From a virus (lineage: Duplodnaviria > Heunggongvirae > Uroviricota > Caudoviricetes): 53,102 nucleotides of DNA. Location of the stretch: positions 1-53,102 of IMG/VR virus record IMGVR_UViG_3300032330_001391, one strand, 5' to 3'. This document shows, in pieces, positions 1 to 10,184 of this stretch (positions within the stretch are counted from its first letter, which is position 1; the number at the start of each line of letters is the position of its first letter). Made by a program: the position numbers and the translations under genes. The notes under the pieces are model-generated. The model saw only the letters and a list, made by a program, of their open reading frames with translations. It had not been told where the DNA came from and searched no databases.

Positions 1-3000
1 CCGGTGTATGGGAAAGTGTTTCCACTTCCTCCATTTAAAGCGTATGATGCTGTAAGAGCATAGGATGAGCTTGTGGCGCTATTAGCTCGAGACGCTGTAC
101 CAAATAATGAACCTGTAAATCCTTGAGTGGCAATTACTGAACCTGTCACCTGAACTAATGAGCCAGATGCAAATATTAAATTGCTTCTATTTAAATCATC
201 TGTACCATTTCCTAATATAAATGCACCAGCTCCTGATGTTGGTAAGTTGTATATGCCTTGAGCATGCTGGTAATTTGATATTGTGATAGTATTTTGGCCT
301 TCAGCGTGTGAGTAATCTCCACTTGCTGTAGTTGAGCGCCCTTCGGTATGTGAATAATCTCCAACTGCTGTAGTTAAGCGCCCTTCGGCATGTGAATGAC
401 TTCCTGATGCTGTTGTACTAAATCCTTCAGCATGTGAATAGCTTCCAACTGTTGTAGTTGAACGCCCTTCGGCATGTGAATAACTTCCTGATGCTGCTGT
501 TCCAGCACCCTCAGCGTGTGAATAGATTCCTGATGCTGTTGTATTAGTTCCTTCAGCATGTGAATAGATTCCTAATGCTGTTGTACTAGATCCTTCAGCA
601 TGTGAGTAGTTCCCTATTGCTCTTGTAAAGTATCCTTCAGCATGTGAATAGCTTCCTGATGCTGTTGTATTAAGTCCTTCAGCATGTGAATAGCTTCCTG
701 ATGCTGTTGTATTAGATCCTTCAGCATGGGATCCAATTCCTGTTGCTACTGTACTTTGACCTTCAGCGTGAGAATTATTTCCATGTGCCGTTACATTAGA
801 TCCTTGGGCATAAGCATTATAACCATTAACTGTAGCTGATGATCCTTGAGCAAAACTATTACCAGACGATCCTATTGTAATGACACTAGTAAGATCTCCT
901 ATAATTAAATTATTATCAGTAATCCTAAAACCACTTATTGCATTATCATATGCAAAATTTGTACTTCCGTTTATTTTACCTGTACCTGTAGTAAGTAAAA
1001 CATAATCAGGGTAATTATTTGTTATCGCCGGATATATATCTGATGCTGTTAATGAAGTTGACGCACTAATTGCATTAGTAGCATAAGACGCAGTTCCATA
1101 TAATGAACCACTAAATACTCCATTAAATGAACCACTAAATGATCCTGTATTACTAAGAAATTGATCTACTCTATTTGCGGTTACTATCACTGAAGGAACA
1201 GTAGGACCATATGCGGGAGTACTGGCCGCTAATTGAATATCTGTAGCATTTGAAGACCACATTATCTGATAGTAATCGTTAGCGGCAGCATTCACAAACC
1301 AATTCCAAGCTGCTACTCCTTTACCATTTTGAGATAATTCAACTATAGTATTTGTTTCTATAAGATCACCTCCATTTTTTCTTAACCAAATATAAGTAGT
1401 ACTTGTTCCTCCAAGACTAGTTTTTTCTAATTGAGCTGAAAATTGGATGTTGTATACACCAGCATTAGTTGTTTTAATATAAGTGTTGTAAGGACTTGTT
1501 GATCCTGATATCGATACTCCGTTTGAAATATCTGTTGTATTAAGAGACATTGAACGGTTAATATTTGCTACAGGATTTGTTTGTGTAGTAGTGTCATAAA
1601 AACTACCATATGATCCTGTTGCTGTATTATATCCTCCGCCTCCACCAGTTGAACTAACAGTAACTTGACCTAATCCGTTTGCCGGAGATAGACTAATATT
1701 TGCTCCTGCTATTAATTGTGTTACACCACCGTTTGCAGAATAAGATGCTGTAGCGGCGTATGAAGCTGTACCCAATAAAGAACCTGTTAAACTTCCAGAT
1801 ACATTTAAACTTCCTGATAGTGTATAACTTCCTGATAATGTTTTTGTATTATTCCAAACAGTTGTATCGTACATCAATAAATCACCATATGTTGGTGATG
1901 TTATAGAAACGTCACTTAATCCAGCTAATGTATTGGTTACAGTTGTACCTCCTCCACTTCCACCTACTGCTCTAAATAATCCACCAGGTATAAATTTATA
2001 TGATGTACTATCAGTAAAATCCGCGTTATTTCTTACTACTAAAGAACCTAAATAAATAGCGTTTGCTGCTGTATTTGGAGCTTCAGTAAATGATTCTACT
2101 GTTATATTCGCAATAGCATCTACTTGTGTTGTGTAGGAAGCATTACCATAGTATACTACTATTGGTTTTGGATTTAATGGTGATGTAGGGAAGAAAAAAC
2201 ATCTTTGAATACTCCATTGTCTGTTTGCTCCTGTACCTGGTACTGCAGTTAAAACTCCATTATTTGAATATTTTGTTGGATCAATAGCTCCGTATCCTGT
2301 TCCATTATTTGTATCGTATGCCCAAACTGAACCAGAGTCATAATATCTAAATATTCTACTTGTAGTAGCTCCAGTTCCAGTTACATACGCTGGGTTATTT
2401 GGATTTGTTTGGTAATTTCCTCCATCTAAGAAGGCAGTACCATCACCTACTACTAAACTTCCTGTTGATGAACCACTTGGTGATAAAAGATATCCTGATA
2501 GCTTTAATGGGCCAAAAGCAGCAATAAATACATTACTTCTTTGCTTCCATCCATATGCTACAGAAGGTTGTGTTACAACTCCATTAATTGAAGAATGATT
2601 TTGATGTAGTACTACACCGACAGGAATATAATCATCTACTTGTCCATCTGTTAAAGGATATCCTTGAGCGTATATTTGTCCACTTGAACTAATAGCAATA
2701 AATGACTGATCATAAGAGGCACTTAAAGCATTAATTGTATTTGTTACATTTCCCCAATTTATATATTGTACTGTTGGATATGGATTATCATTAAATGAAG
2801 CATTTAAATTTACTATAATACCACTACCGCTTGCTACTTGATATGTAGTTGAGTTTACTTGAGTTACTAATCCTCCATCTAATAAACCGGTATATAAATT
2901 TCCTTCTAACCAACGTAAACGAGTTGTATTACTATATCCGGCCCCATTTTGAGAAAAATACAAGTCATTTGTAGAACCAGACACATAAATATAAGACGCA

Positions 3001-4031
3001 GATATCGCAGGGTCAATATTTGAGTTTATTGGTAAATATCTTGTATAACCAGTTTGATTTATATCTCCAAATATTTGAATGTTTGGTGTAGTTGTGCCTT
3101 GTGCTCCTGATATAATCAAACTACCTGATAATGTTGTATTACCATATAAAGCATTATTTCCTACTTGTGTAGTTGATCCACTCACATTAAGTGATCCTGT
3201 CAATGATGTGTTTCCTATTAACGTATTTGAACCAGTTGTTGTTAAAGAACCAGTTATTTGAACAGTTTGACGCAACGGATTAACATACGACGCTGTATTA
3301 GCTGTTTGAGCTAGCGTAGCGTATGACGCACTTACTGCTTGTAAAACGTATGATGCCGTTTGAGCGTTTTGTACGTATGAAGCTGTTTGTGCTGTTACAA
3401 CATATGAGGCTGTACTAGCATTGTTTGCCCAACTTGATGTACCTTGAAGTGAACCTGTGAATCCTGCTGTTGAAATTGTTGAACCAGTTATTGTTAAACT
3501 TCCAGTTGGAATAATAACACTACCATATAATGATTGTGTATCATTAGAAGCGTCACCAAATTGGTTTGATCCAGATGAGTATATTACAGAAGCTGTTTCA
3601 TAAACTACATTTAAATAATTTATAGAAGCTGTGCCATTTATAGTAATATTTCCTGTGATTGTACCACCAGTTAAAGGTAGATATAAGGGAGCTACTGAGG
3701 CAGTAGCAGCATATGATGAACTTAATACATACGAAGCAGTTTGAGCTATTTGTACATATGATGCTGTTAAAGCATATGATGAACTTAATGAACTAGAGGC
3801 AAATGATGATGATGGAGATGTTTTTAGTACTAAATCTGTACTTGCCGTTGTTGGACTAAACCAATATTCTACTGGAGCTCCACTACCTGTGATAGTCACA
3901 GTCATTCCTACATACCTGAGTAACGTACTTATTGATCCTGTAGCTTCCGCTACACTAGCGTATGGTCCTAACCTAGAATCTATGTTCTTGGTCGTATTGA
4001 CTGTAAAATTATCTATTACTGATATTGCCAT
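1..4031 (-). CDS. Long tail-fibre/adhesin-like protein, partial (3' end beyond window start), absent from the ORF track
   Basis: ATG at 4031 (MAISVIDNFTVNTTKNIDSRLGPY...). Segments I translated (start, about 1560-1620, 3-35) share one frame; I did not check every codon for stops. Contains ASYA/TASYV repeats, a GSYGSFYDTTTQTNP C1q/BclA-C-like segment and HAEG repeats. Confidence 0.8.
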   Translation of the reverse strand, partial: MAISVIDNFTVNTTKNIDSRLGPYASVAEATGSISTLLRYVGMTVTITGSGAPVEYWFSPTTASTDLVLKTSPSSSFASSSLSSSYALTASYVQIAQTASYVLSSSYAATASVAPLYLPLTGGTITGNITINGTASINYLNVVYETASVIYSSGSNQFGDASNDTQSLYGSVIIPTGSLTITGSTISTAGFTGSLQGTSSWANNASTASYVVTAQTASYVQNAQTASYVLQAVSASYATLAQTANTASYVNPLRQTVQITGSLTTTGSNTLIGNTSLTGSLNVSGSTTQVGNNALYGNTTLSGSLIISGAQGTTTPNIQIFGDINQTGYTRYLPINSNIDPAISASYIYVSGSTNDLYFSQNGAGYSNTTRLRWLEGNLYTGLLDGGLVTQVNSTTYQVASGSGIIVNLNASFNDNPYPTVQYINWGNVTNTINALSASYDQSFIAISSSGQIYAQGYPLTDGQVDDYIPVGVVLHQNHSSINGVVTQPSVAYGWKQRSNVFIAAFGPLKLSGYLLSPSGSSTGSLVVGDGTAFLDGGNYQTNPNNPAYVTGTGATTSRIFRYYDSGSVWAYDTNNGTGYGAIDPTKYSNNGVLTAVPGTGANRQWSIQRCFFFPTSPLNPKPIVVYYGNASYTTQVDAIANITVESFTEAPNTAANAIYLGSLVVRNNADFTDSTSYKFIPGGLFRAVGGSGGGTTVTNTLAGLSDVSITSPTYGDLLMYDTTVWNNTKTLSGSYTLSGSLNVSGSLTGSLLGTASYAATASYSANGGVTQLIAGANISLSPANGLGQVTVSSTGGGGGYNTATGSYGSFYDTTTQTNPVANINRSMSLNTTDISNGVSISGSTSPYNTYIKTTNAGVYNIQFSAQLEKTSLGGTSTTYIWLRKNGGDLIETNTIVELSQNGKGVAAWNWFVNAAANDYYQIMWSSNATDIQLAASTPAYGPTVPSVIVTANRVDQFLSNTGSFSGSFNGVFSGSLYGTASYATNAISASTSLTASDIYPAITNNYPDYVLLTTGTGKINGSTNFAYDNAISGFRITDNNLIIGDLTSVITIGSSGNSFAQGSSATVNGYNAYAQGSNVTAHGNNSHAEGQSTVATGIGSHAEGSNTTASGSYSHAEGLNTTASGSYSHAEGYFTRAIGNYSHAEGSSTTALGIYSHAEGTNTTASGIYSHAEGAGTAASGSYSHAEGRSTTTVGSYSHAEGFSTTASGSHSHAEGRLTTAVGDYSHTEGRSTTASGDYSHAEGQNTITISNYQHAQGIYNLPTSGAGAFILGNGTDDLNRSNLIFASGSLVQVTGSVIATQGFTGSLFGTASRANSATSSSYALTASYALNGGSGNTFPYT
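255..850 (-). repeat. 42-bp (14-aa) tandem coding repeat, about 13-15 units, consensus HAEGxxTTASGSYS (YadA-head/Hep_Hag-like)
   Basis: ccttcagcatgtga-like cores recur every 42 bp (about 340, 382, 424, 466, 508, 550...). Confidence 0.85.
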
Positions 4032-4040
4032 GATTCGTCG

Positions 4041-5780
4041 TTATGTAAATATATAGTTTTGAGCTGGAGATACATTAGTTAGTGTGTTTGAGCGGTATAT
4101 CTTATAGGATATTCCCGACCATTTTCCTGGGGCTCCATCTTGGTTTCTGGTATATTTTGTAAAAGCTGATAGTACTTCAAAACCATTACCGTCCTTAATA
4201 GATGTTAAATCTGCATAACTTGCTGGGTAGCAGAAATATACATAAGCGCTGGTACCATTAATAGATAGCGTTTTTGTACCTTGTGACTGTACTAGTTGAG
4301 TTAATGATGCTGATATATTTCCTGTTGTAGAGTAGTCAGTTGCAGACATTCCATAATAATATGGATACACATACGTTATAGTTCTTGTTTGAGTTATAAG
4401 AGCACTTGTTTGTGGATTAATAGCGTTTAGGGTAAGTGTTACTGATCCAGCAACAGTATTATTTATTGTTTGTGTACCACCTAATCCTAAGTTATTTGAA
4501 CTTCCTAATACATTGTTTCCAAAGAAATATGTAAAGTTTCCAGTAGATGCATTAGATGCTGTAAAACTAGCACTATAAGCATATCTACCATTAGGACTAT
4601 CTGCTGTTGCTGTAAATGATGAGGTGTTAAATGTATAAGAACTACTTACTTCAGCTGTTGGGCTTGAACTCAATATTAAAGTACCACCATTATATAATGA
4701 AAATGCTCCTAATGTTGGTGCTATGTATGTTATTAACATAGCTCTTAAAATAGATTCTACACTTGATCCAGATTGATAAGTAGTACCAGATGTTGAACCC
4801 CCTACAGTAACATTTGATGTTAATGTTTGTTGTAATATAGTATTTGAGGCTGTTATAGCTAGACTAGCTGTTCCTAATAAACTGCCTGTAAATCCTAATG
4901 TAGATGTCACTGATCCAGTTACAACTAAACTACCAGTTATTATAGCACTACCTGTATACGGGAATGAAGAAGCATTTGCTACATAAGATGCGGTTAAAGC
5001 GTAGGATGAACTCACAGCATTTAAAATATAAGATGCTGTTTGAGCGTTTTGAACATATGAAGATGTTAAAGCGTAAGACGCTGAAGTGGAACTAGATGCG
5101 TATGAGGCGCTTATTACGCTGCCTCCATAATATGATGCTGTATTAGCTGTTTGAGCTAGAATAGCAAACGATGCGCTTACAGCCTGTAAAACATATGATG
5201 CACTTACAGCATTTTGTACGTATGATGCGGTTTGGGCTGTTGCAACATAAGACGCAGTTTGTGCTGTTTGTACAAATGAGGCTGTAGCGGCATAAGATGC
5301 GCTTAAAGCAGGATTAGTACTATTATGAACTGAGCCAGTAACATAAGATGCTGTAAGAGAATATGATGCACTAGTTGAACTAGACGCGTAAGAAGCACTT
5401 ACAGCTTGTAAGACATAGGATGCAGTTTGTGCAGTTTGTACGTAGGATGCTGTCACCGCTTGTGATGCACTTACAGCCCAACTCGATGTACCTTGTAATG
5501 ATCCTGTAAATCCTAATGTAGATGTTATCGAACCAGTTACAACTAAACTACCCGTTATTATAGCACTACCTGTATAAGGGAATGTTGATCCTCCTCCACC
5601 TGAACCAGTTGCTACAGTTATAGGGAATGTACTACCATCTCCCTTAGTAAATGTAATTGTATTTGAAGATACAGAAGCAGTAGTAAGTAGACTCGCTGTA
5701 CTAACTGCACTTCCTCCTCCACCAGCATTTTGCTCATAGAATCCTACTGGAACCTGATCTAAAAATCTTACTCTAGCCAT
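4041..5780 (-). CDS. Ser/Ala/Thr-rich virion fibre-like structural protein
   Basis: Many SASYA/TASYV repeats and a duplicated FPYTGSAIITGSLVVTGS block; lies next to neck/tail genes. Confidence 0.65.
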   Translation of the reverse strand: MARVRFLDQVPVGFYEQNAGGGGSAVSTASLLTTASVSSNTITFTKGDGSTFPITVATGSGGGGSTFPYTGSAIITGSLVVTGSITSTLGFTGSLQGTSSWAVSASQAVTASYVQTAQTASYVLQAVSASYASSSTSASYSLTASYVTGSVHNSTNPALSASYAATASFVQTAQTASYVATAQTASYVQNAVSASYVLQAVSASFAILAQTANTASYYGGSVISASYASSSTSASYALTSSYVQNAQTASYILNAVSSSYALTASYVANASSFPYTGSAIITGSLVVTGSVTSTLGFTGSLLGTASLAITASNTILQQTLTSNVTVGGSTSGTTYQSGSSVESILRAMLITYIAPTLGAFSLYNGGTLILSSSPTAEVSSSYTFNTSSFTATADSPNGRYAYSASFTASNASTGNFTYFFGNNVLGSSNNLGLGGTQTINNTVAGSVTLTLNAINPQTSALITQTRTITYVYPYYYGMSATDYSTTGNISASLTQLVQSQGTKTLSINGTSAYVYFCYPASYADLTSIKDGNGFEVLSAFTKYTRNQDGAPGKWSGISYKIYRSNTLTNVSPAQNYIFT

Positions 5781-5791
5781 CTAATGTTTTT

Positions 5792-5799
5792 TATAAATA
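5792..5799 (-). promoter_or_regulatory. Recurrent TATTTATA motif just upstream of starts (putative late promoter), one of at least 16 copies
   Basis: Plus-strand tataaata at 5792, 8887, 10120, 16483, 18414, 20019, 22203, 24995, 25335, 25728, 26454, 39677, 45801, 48671, 50893 and 51402. Confidence 0.6.
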
Positions 5800-6765
5800 T
5801 TAAATTATAGTAGCTCTTGATGTTGATTGGTCTATTTGTACTTTTCTTTCAGCTTCTTTTCTCTTAAGTTCAGTAGCAGTACCATCAGCATTAACAGAAC
5901 CTTTAAGGATAGCTTCATTAGTTGTAGCTTCAACTGAGAATATCACTTTAGATTTATCACGAAATTTGATTACAGAACTTAAATCTTTTTGTATCACATT
6001 AGGTATAAGATATCCATTTAATTTAATATCAAAAGTACTTTTAACTGCTCTTTCATCATTATCTGATAATTCACTTATTGTACTAAATGAATCAATCCGT
6101 GTTTGGAATTTATAACGTTGAGGATCTCCCCAATATGAATCAGAAGCGTAATTTATTGCTTCAATTATTTTATTTAGTTGATCTACATAATACGTAAACA
6201 CAACACAAGTATACGTTACCGTTACATAATCCGGCATAATAGCGGCGTAGTACGTTTTTTCAGGTACCCTGTTATTTAAAACGTTAAAGTTAGAATACGC
6301 GTCGTATGGGGAATATTTTTTTACAAATACACCAAAATTATTAGGATTATTAGCGTCTAATTTATTAGCTATAGTTCTATTTTTTTCTATACTACCACGT
6401 TTAAATACTATAAGAGGATACATAGGTGATCCTTTACTATCTCTATAATATCCGTCTTTCTGCATTGATTTCCATTTTTCAGGAGCACCATAAAGTACAG
6501 GAACTACTAATCGTTCATTATTTTGAATAATAAATGGTTTTATAATATTTTGAAAATAAAATAATACAGCCTCATCTATATCTTGTATACCAACACTAAA
6601 TGGTTTTGTAGTATCTCCATCAAATGATGTCTGTAGTGCTCTATTTTTCTCAGGAGATTCATACGAGTAATTAGGATTACCCATAGTAGCATCCTTAGGA
6701 GTTTGAAGTCCTACACTTATCTCACGTTGGGTTTTTGGTATTGGTTTTCTTCCTTGTGTGGCCAT
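5800..6765 (-). CDS. Tail completion/sheath-stabiliser protein (T4 gp15-like)
   Basis: Position after the neck genes; DIDEAVLFYF, VPVLYGAPEKW and PDYVTVTY motifs resemble gp15-like proteins. Confidence 0.55.
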   Translation of the reverse strand: MATQGRKPIPKTQREISVGLQTPKDATMGNPNYSYESPEKNRALQTSFDGDTTKPFSVGIQDIDEAVLFYFQNIIKPFIIQNNERLVVPVLYGAPEKWKSMQKDGYYRDSKGSPMYPLIVFKRGSIEKNRTIANKLDANNPNNFGVFVKKYSPYDAYSNFNVLNNRVPEKTYYAAIMPDYVTVTYTCVVFTYYVDQLNKIIEAINYASDSYWGDPQRYKFQTRIDSFSTISELSDNDERAVKSTFDIKLNGYLIPNVIQKDLSSVIKFRDKSKVIFSVEATTNEAILKGSVNADGTATELKRKEAERKVQIDQSTSRATII

Positions 6766-6775
6766 AGTTTATATT

Positions 6776-7297
6776 TTATAATCGGTATGGTTGAATTCCT
6801 AAACGATCTCCTGGTACGTAGTGGGTTGTGCATATAACACTAACATTGTATCCAAAGTATCCTAAATTTGGATTTAATGGATTATTTCCGTTAGAATCAG
6901 TGTATGGATAAGCAGGATCTTTACCTGTAAAGAATTGAACTATGTTTTCATTATCTATTTCCCAATAAGCATTTTGCCACATTATCACATCACCTACTGC
7001 AGGTTCAACCCCAGCATCTACTAGATCATCTCTTAAAAATTTAAATGTTATAGCCCATTCAAATCCAACCATATCATCAGGAGTTGGGGCTGTTTGATCT
7101 CCAACATCAATTAAACAATTAAATAAAACAGGTTCTTCAAAATATCTTCCACTTGAAGCTTCACCATATATGTTTGTAATAGTATCAGTAATATTACATT
7201 TATAAAATACACACTGTTGGGTAATTATATTACCCATCAATTCTCTGTTCACATATCTGAACATACTCATGTCTCTTGCTGATCCAAATAAAGCCAT
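6776..7297 (-). CDS. Head closure/neck protein (T4 gp14-like)
   Basis: NIYGEA, ITFKFLRDDL and PAVGDVIMW motifs; synteny with the gp13-like gene. Confidence 0.55.
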   Translation of the reverse strand: MALFGSARDMSMFRYVNRELMGNIITQQCVFYKCNITDTITNIYGEASSGRYFEEPVLFNCLIDVGDQTAPTPDDMVGFEWAITFKFLRDDLVDAGVEPAVGDVIMWQNAYWEIDNENIVQFFTGKDPAYPYTDSNGNNPLNPNLGYFGYNVSVICTTHYVPGDRLGIQPYRL

Positions 7298-7300
7298 ATT

Positions 7301-8446
7301 TTAACCTATATATATTGTCATTGGTACATAATTAATTTCTTTTACACGTGCTTCTGATTCTGCTGCTCTTCTTTCAAGTAAAGATTGATTAGACGTTTCA
7401 TTAAAATATGTACGTAATCTTTCAATTAAAGCATTTTTAGTTTCAGTAGCGGATGAAAGTAAATCTTGTTGATTTAATGTAACATTATCTCCAGGAATCG
7501 GAATTGTACCATATTTTCCTCTAACATATCCTAACATTTCTTTAGATAATGCCAATGTATATTCAAATATCCATTGTCTGCCTATTGAATTTATTTGTGA
7601 ATATATTGGATTACTATATGGAGCATTAGACTCATTAGTGACTTTATTTCCATCTGTTTGTTGGATTGAGTCATTTATCCTATCATCTAATTTTATATAT
7701 TGAAATGATAAAAATGAATATACATTACCATAATTAGGTACAGGAAATATTCTTAATTTATTATTAATAATTTCAAAAGTATAATTAGGACCAATTACAG
7801 TATTCTGCATTTCAATAGACTGTACAGTCTGTATTGTTAAACTTGTAGGTACCATTAAATATCCTGTAGTACCATATCCTAAACCATAAGCACCAGCAGC
7901 TGGAGCTCCACCTAAATTAGCGTAAGCTATAGGGTTAAATAATTGGTTTACAGCTGGTGGAGGATTATAAAATATATTTTTAATTTCAATTCCTCCTGTT
8001 ATATTTTGAGATGACGCCCATACATTTAAATCATAATCTTGAACACCTGGAATAAGAGGAATTGAACCACTGTACCAAGTAACATTACCTCCAACACCTG
8101 CTTCTTCACCATATTGTTGAGATAGTCTCACTATATTAGCAAAATTAGGTGTTATAATAGCATCATTGAGGTTAACATCAGTATTTAAACCTTCTACATT
8201 TAATAAGTTATCTCTAACTTTAAAGGCATAAAGTTCATTACCATATGTGGTTACAGCATACTCAAACGCTGTATAAAAATTTATATCTTGTAATTCAACT
8301 TCTTGAATAGGATAACCTAAACGTTGAGCACAAAATTTAGATACTTTGTCAGCATCTACCTGAAATTGAGGGTCATAATCGTAAAACCCAAATGGAGTTT
8401 CTCCAGGGGCAAACGATGATGATCCAGGCCATATTGGTACATTCAT
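7301..8446 (-). CDS. Neck/head-tail adaptor protein (T4 gp13-like)
   Basis: RLGYPIQEVEL and WIFEYTLALSKEMLGYVRGKY motifs typical of gp13-like neck proteins. Confidence 0.65.
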   Translation of the reverse strand: MNVPIWPGSSSFAPGETPFGFYDYDPQFQVDADKVSKFCAQRLGYPIQEVELQDINFYTAFEYAVTTYGNELYAFKVRDNLLNVEGLNTDVNLNDAIITPNFANIVRLSQQYGEEAGVGGNVTWYSGSIPLIPGVQDYDLNVWASSQNITGGIEIKNIFYNPPPAVNQLFNPIAYANLGGAPAAGAYGLGYGTTGYLMVPTSLTIQTVQSIEMQNTVIGPNYTFEIINNKLRIFPVPNYGNVYSFLSFQYIKLDDRINDSIQQTDGNKVTNESNAPYSNPIYSQINSIGRQWIFEYTLALSKEMLGYVRGKYGTIPIPGDNVTLNQQDLLSSATETKNALIERLRTYFNETSNQSLLERRAAESEARVKEINYVPMTIYIG

Positions 8447-8450
8447 ATAA

Positions 8451-8876
8451 TTAAGTTGTTGCTATATAATATTCTACTACTGCGCTTGAACCAGATGGTT
8501 CTATGTAAACGTTTTGGATATCTTTAAATGTAAAACTATTATCAACACTACTTGTTATCTTACTAGTTGATAAGAAAAATGAACTTCCTGTTGATACTAA
8601 AAATGAAGCACTTATATTAGGTGTACCTGTAATAATAAGTTTTACAGGAACTGTTGATGAGTTTGTTATTCTAGCATATTGTATACTACTAGTTACAAAC
8701 TGACCAGCACCAGGTATATTACTTAAATTAAAAATTGAAGTTTGAGAACCAGAAGGACAATTTAATATTCTATTATCTACATAATTAATACCATCAATTG
8801 TAAGAGTAGTATATGAACCTAAATCATTTCCGTTTAATGTTATACTTTCATATATCTTTGAGGTAAAGGTTGCCAT
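8451..8876 (-). CDS. Hypothetical beta-rich (probably virion) protein
   Basis: Intact 141-aa ORF in the structural operon; TATTTATA motif upstream. Confidence 0.5.
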   Translation of the reverse strand: MATFTSKIYESITLNGNDLGSYTTLTIDGINYVDNRILNCPSGSQTSIFNLSNIPGAGQFVTSSIQYARITNSSTVPVKLIITGTPNISASFLVSTGSSFFLSTSKITSSVDNSFTFKDIQNVYIEPSGSSAVVEYYIATT

Positions 8877-8906
8877 GGTTTTTGATTATAAATATTGGAA
8901 AGATAA

Positions 8907-9575
8907 TTACTTTCCATATTCATAGTCAAGTATTTTACCAACTAGGTCTGAGCGGTGATTTTCTTTAAGTTTAATCCACTTAATTTCTTCTATTTTTTTA
9001 GATATTTCTATAACGTAAGATAAACCGTTAATTTCGCCGGTAGGTGTTTTTATATCAGTCTGTTCATTATCTCCGTTTATCACGATTTTTCCGTTTTTAC
9101 CTAAACGAGTAAGTATAGCTAACATTTCTGCTTTAGTCATATTTTGTGCTTCTTCTACAATCAAAATATCATCTATAGTTTTACCACGTATAAACTGTAC
9201 AGGCATTGCCTTGATTTTACCATCATCAACTATTTTGGTAACTTCGTTTTTATCCGAGCAACATTTTGTAAGATTCTCAAGTAAGGCTTCCATGTATGGA
9301 TCAAATTTCTCATTTAAAGAACCAGGTAAAAATCCTAAACTCTTACCTACCTCAATTGCTGCACGTGTATTATATATGCAGTCTATTTGTTTTTTCTTAA
9401 GAAAATCTAACGCTGCTTGAGCACACACTAGTGATTTACCACTACCTGCCCTTCCTGTTACTATAACAATTTGATTTTCAACTATTAAACGTTTTGCTTC
9501 TTTTTGCTCATCATTAAGTTGTAGAGCGTTTATAGATTTTATTTCGTTTTTTCTAACGCGATTTGGATCTTTCAT
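8907..9575 (-). CDS. phoH: PhoH-like ATPase
   Basis: GRAGSGKS Walker A; LGFLPG, FIRGKT, EEAQN, LTRLG, GDNEQTD and RSDLV motifs of the PhoH family. Confidence 0.92.
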   Translation of the reverse strand: MKDPNRVRKNEIKSINALQLNDEQKEAKRLIVENQIVIVTGRAGSGKSLVCAQAALDFLKKKQIDCIYNTRAAIEVGKSLGFLPGSLNEKFDPYMEALLENLTKCCSDKNEVTKIVDDGKIKAMPVQFIRGKTIDDILIVEEAQNMTKAEMLAILTRLGKNGKIVINGDNEQTDIKTPTGEINGLSYVIEISKKIEEIKWIKLKENHRSDLVGKILDYEYGK

Positions 9576-9578
9576 ATA

Positions 9579-10106
9579 TTATATATCTAATAACTTTAAT
9601 TTTCCATCTTTATCATACCCCATATTTCCAGAATTGATATCTTTATCTGGTACTGTATCTATTTTATCAACTTCTTTTAGAAATTTAATCCATCTTAAAA
9701 TTAATAATTGTGTTTTTTGAGTATCAATAAAACTAAGATTTCCTATAAATTCAAGAAGTGCTCTTACTTTATCTTTATCCATATTTTTTAAACGTCTCAA
9801 AACATCATATGAAGCAGTATTTAATATACTTGCTATTTCTTTTAATTCATCATCTACCTGATCTGTATTTAATCTTTCTTGAATCATCCATCTTCTATCC
9901 CAATTTATTTTATCTATACGAGCAAATAAATCAGGATATTTTATAGAGGTTTCATATTCTTGTTTAACTAAACTATCAGTAGCATCAGTCCATGTTTTAA
10001 TAACATACTGTGGTTTATGAATAAAAATAAAGACATTTTTCCATATTCCTCGTTTATTTATTTTTTGCTTCCTAACTAAATTTTTTAAGGCTTCATTTAA
10101 TGTCAT
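9579..10106 (-). CDS. Minimal protein-kinase-like fold protein
   Basis: RGIWKNVF (Gly-loop-like), YVIK (beta3 Lys), EYE (alphaC Glu), WMIQERL (hinge), DINSGN (DxxxxN catalytic loop), KLKLLDI (Mg-binding Asp). Start moved to MTLNE at 10106, just downstream of the TATTTATA motif. Confidence 0.65.
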   Translation of the reverse strand: MTLNEALKNLVRKQKINKRGIWKNVFIFIHKPQYVIKTWTDATDSLVKQEYETSIKYPDLFARIDKINWDRRWMIQERLNTDQVDDELKEIASILNTASYDVLRRLKNMDKDKVRALLEFIGNLSFIDTQKTQLLILRWIKFLKEVDKIDTVPDKDINSGNMGYDKDGKLKLLDI

Positions 10107-10132
10107 TATTAACATTTATTATAAATATGGTA

Positions 10133-10162
10133 AAATAAGAAAGAGCCGCAATTGCGGCTCTC
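10133..10162 (-). terminator. Intrinsic terminator after the major capsid gene
   Basis: Perfect palindrome agagccgcaattgcggctct followed on the minus strand by TTCTTATTTT. Confidence 0.8.
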
Positions 10163-10184
10163 TCTACTATGTACCTATACTATA

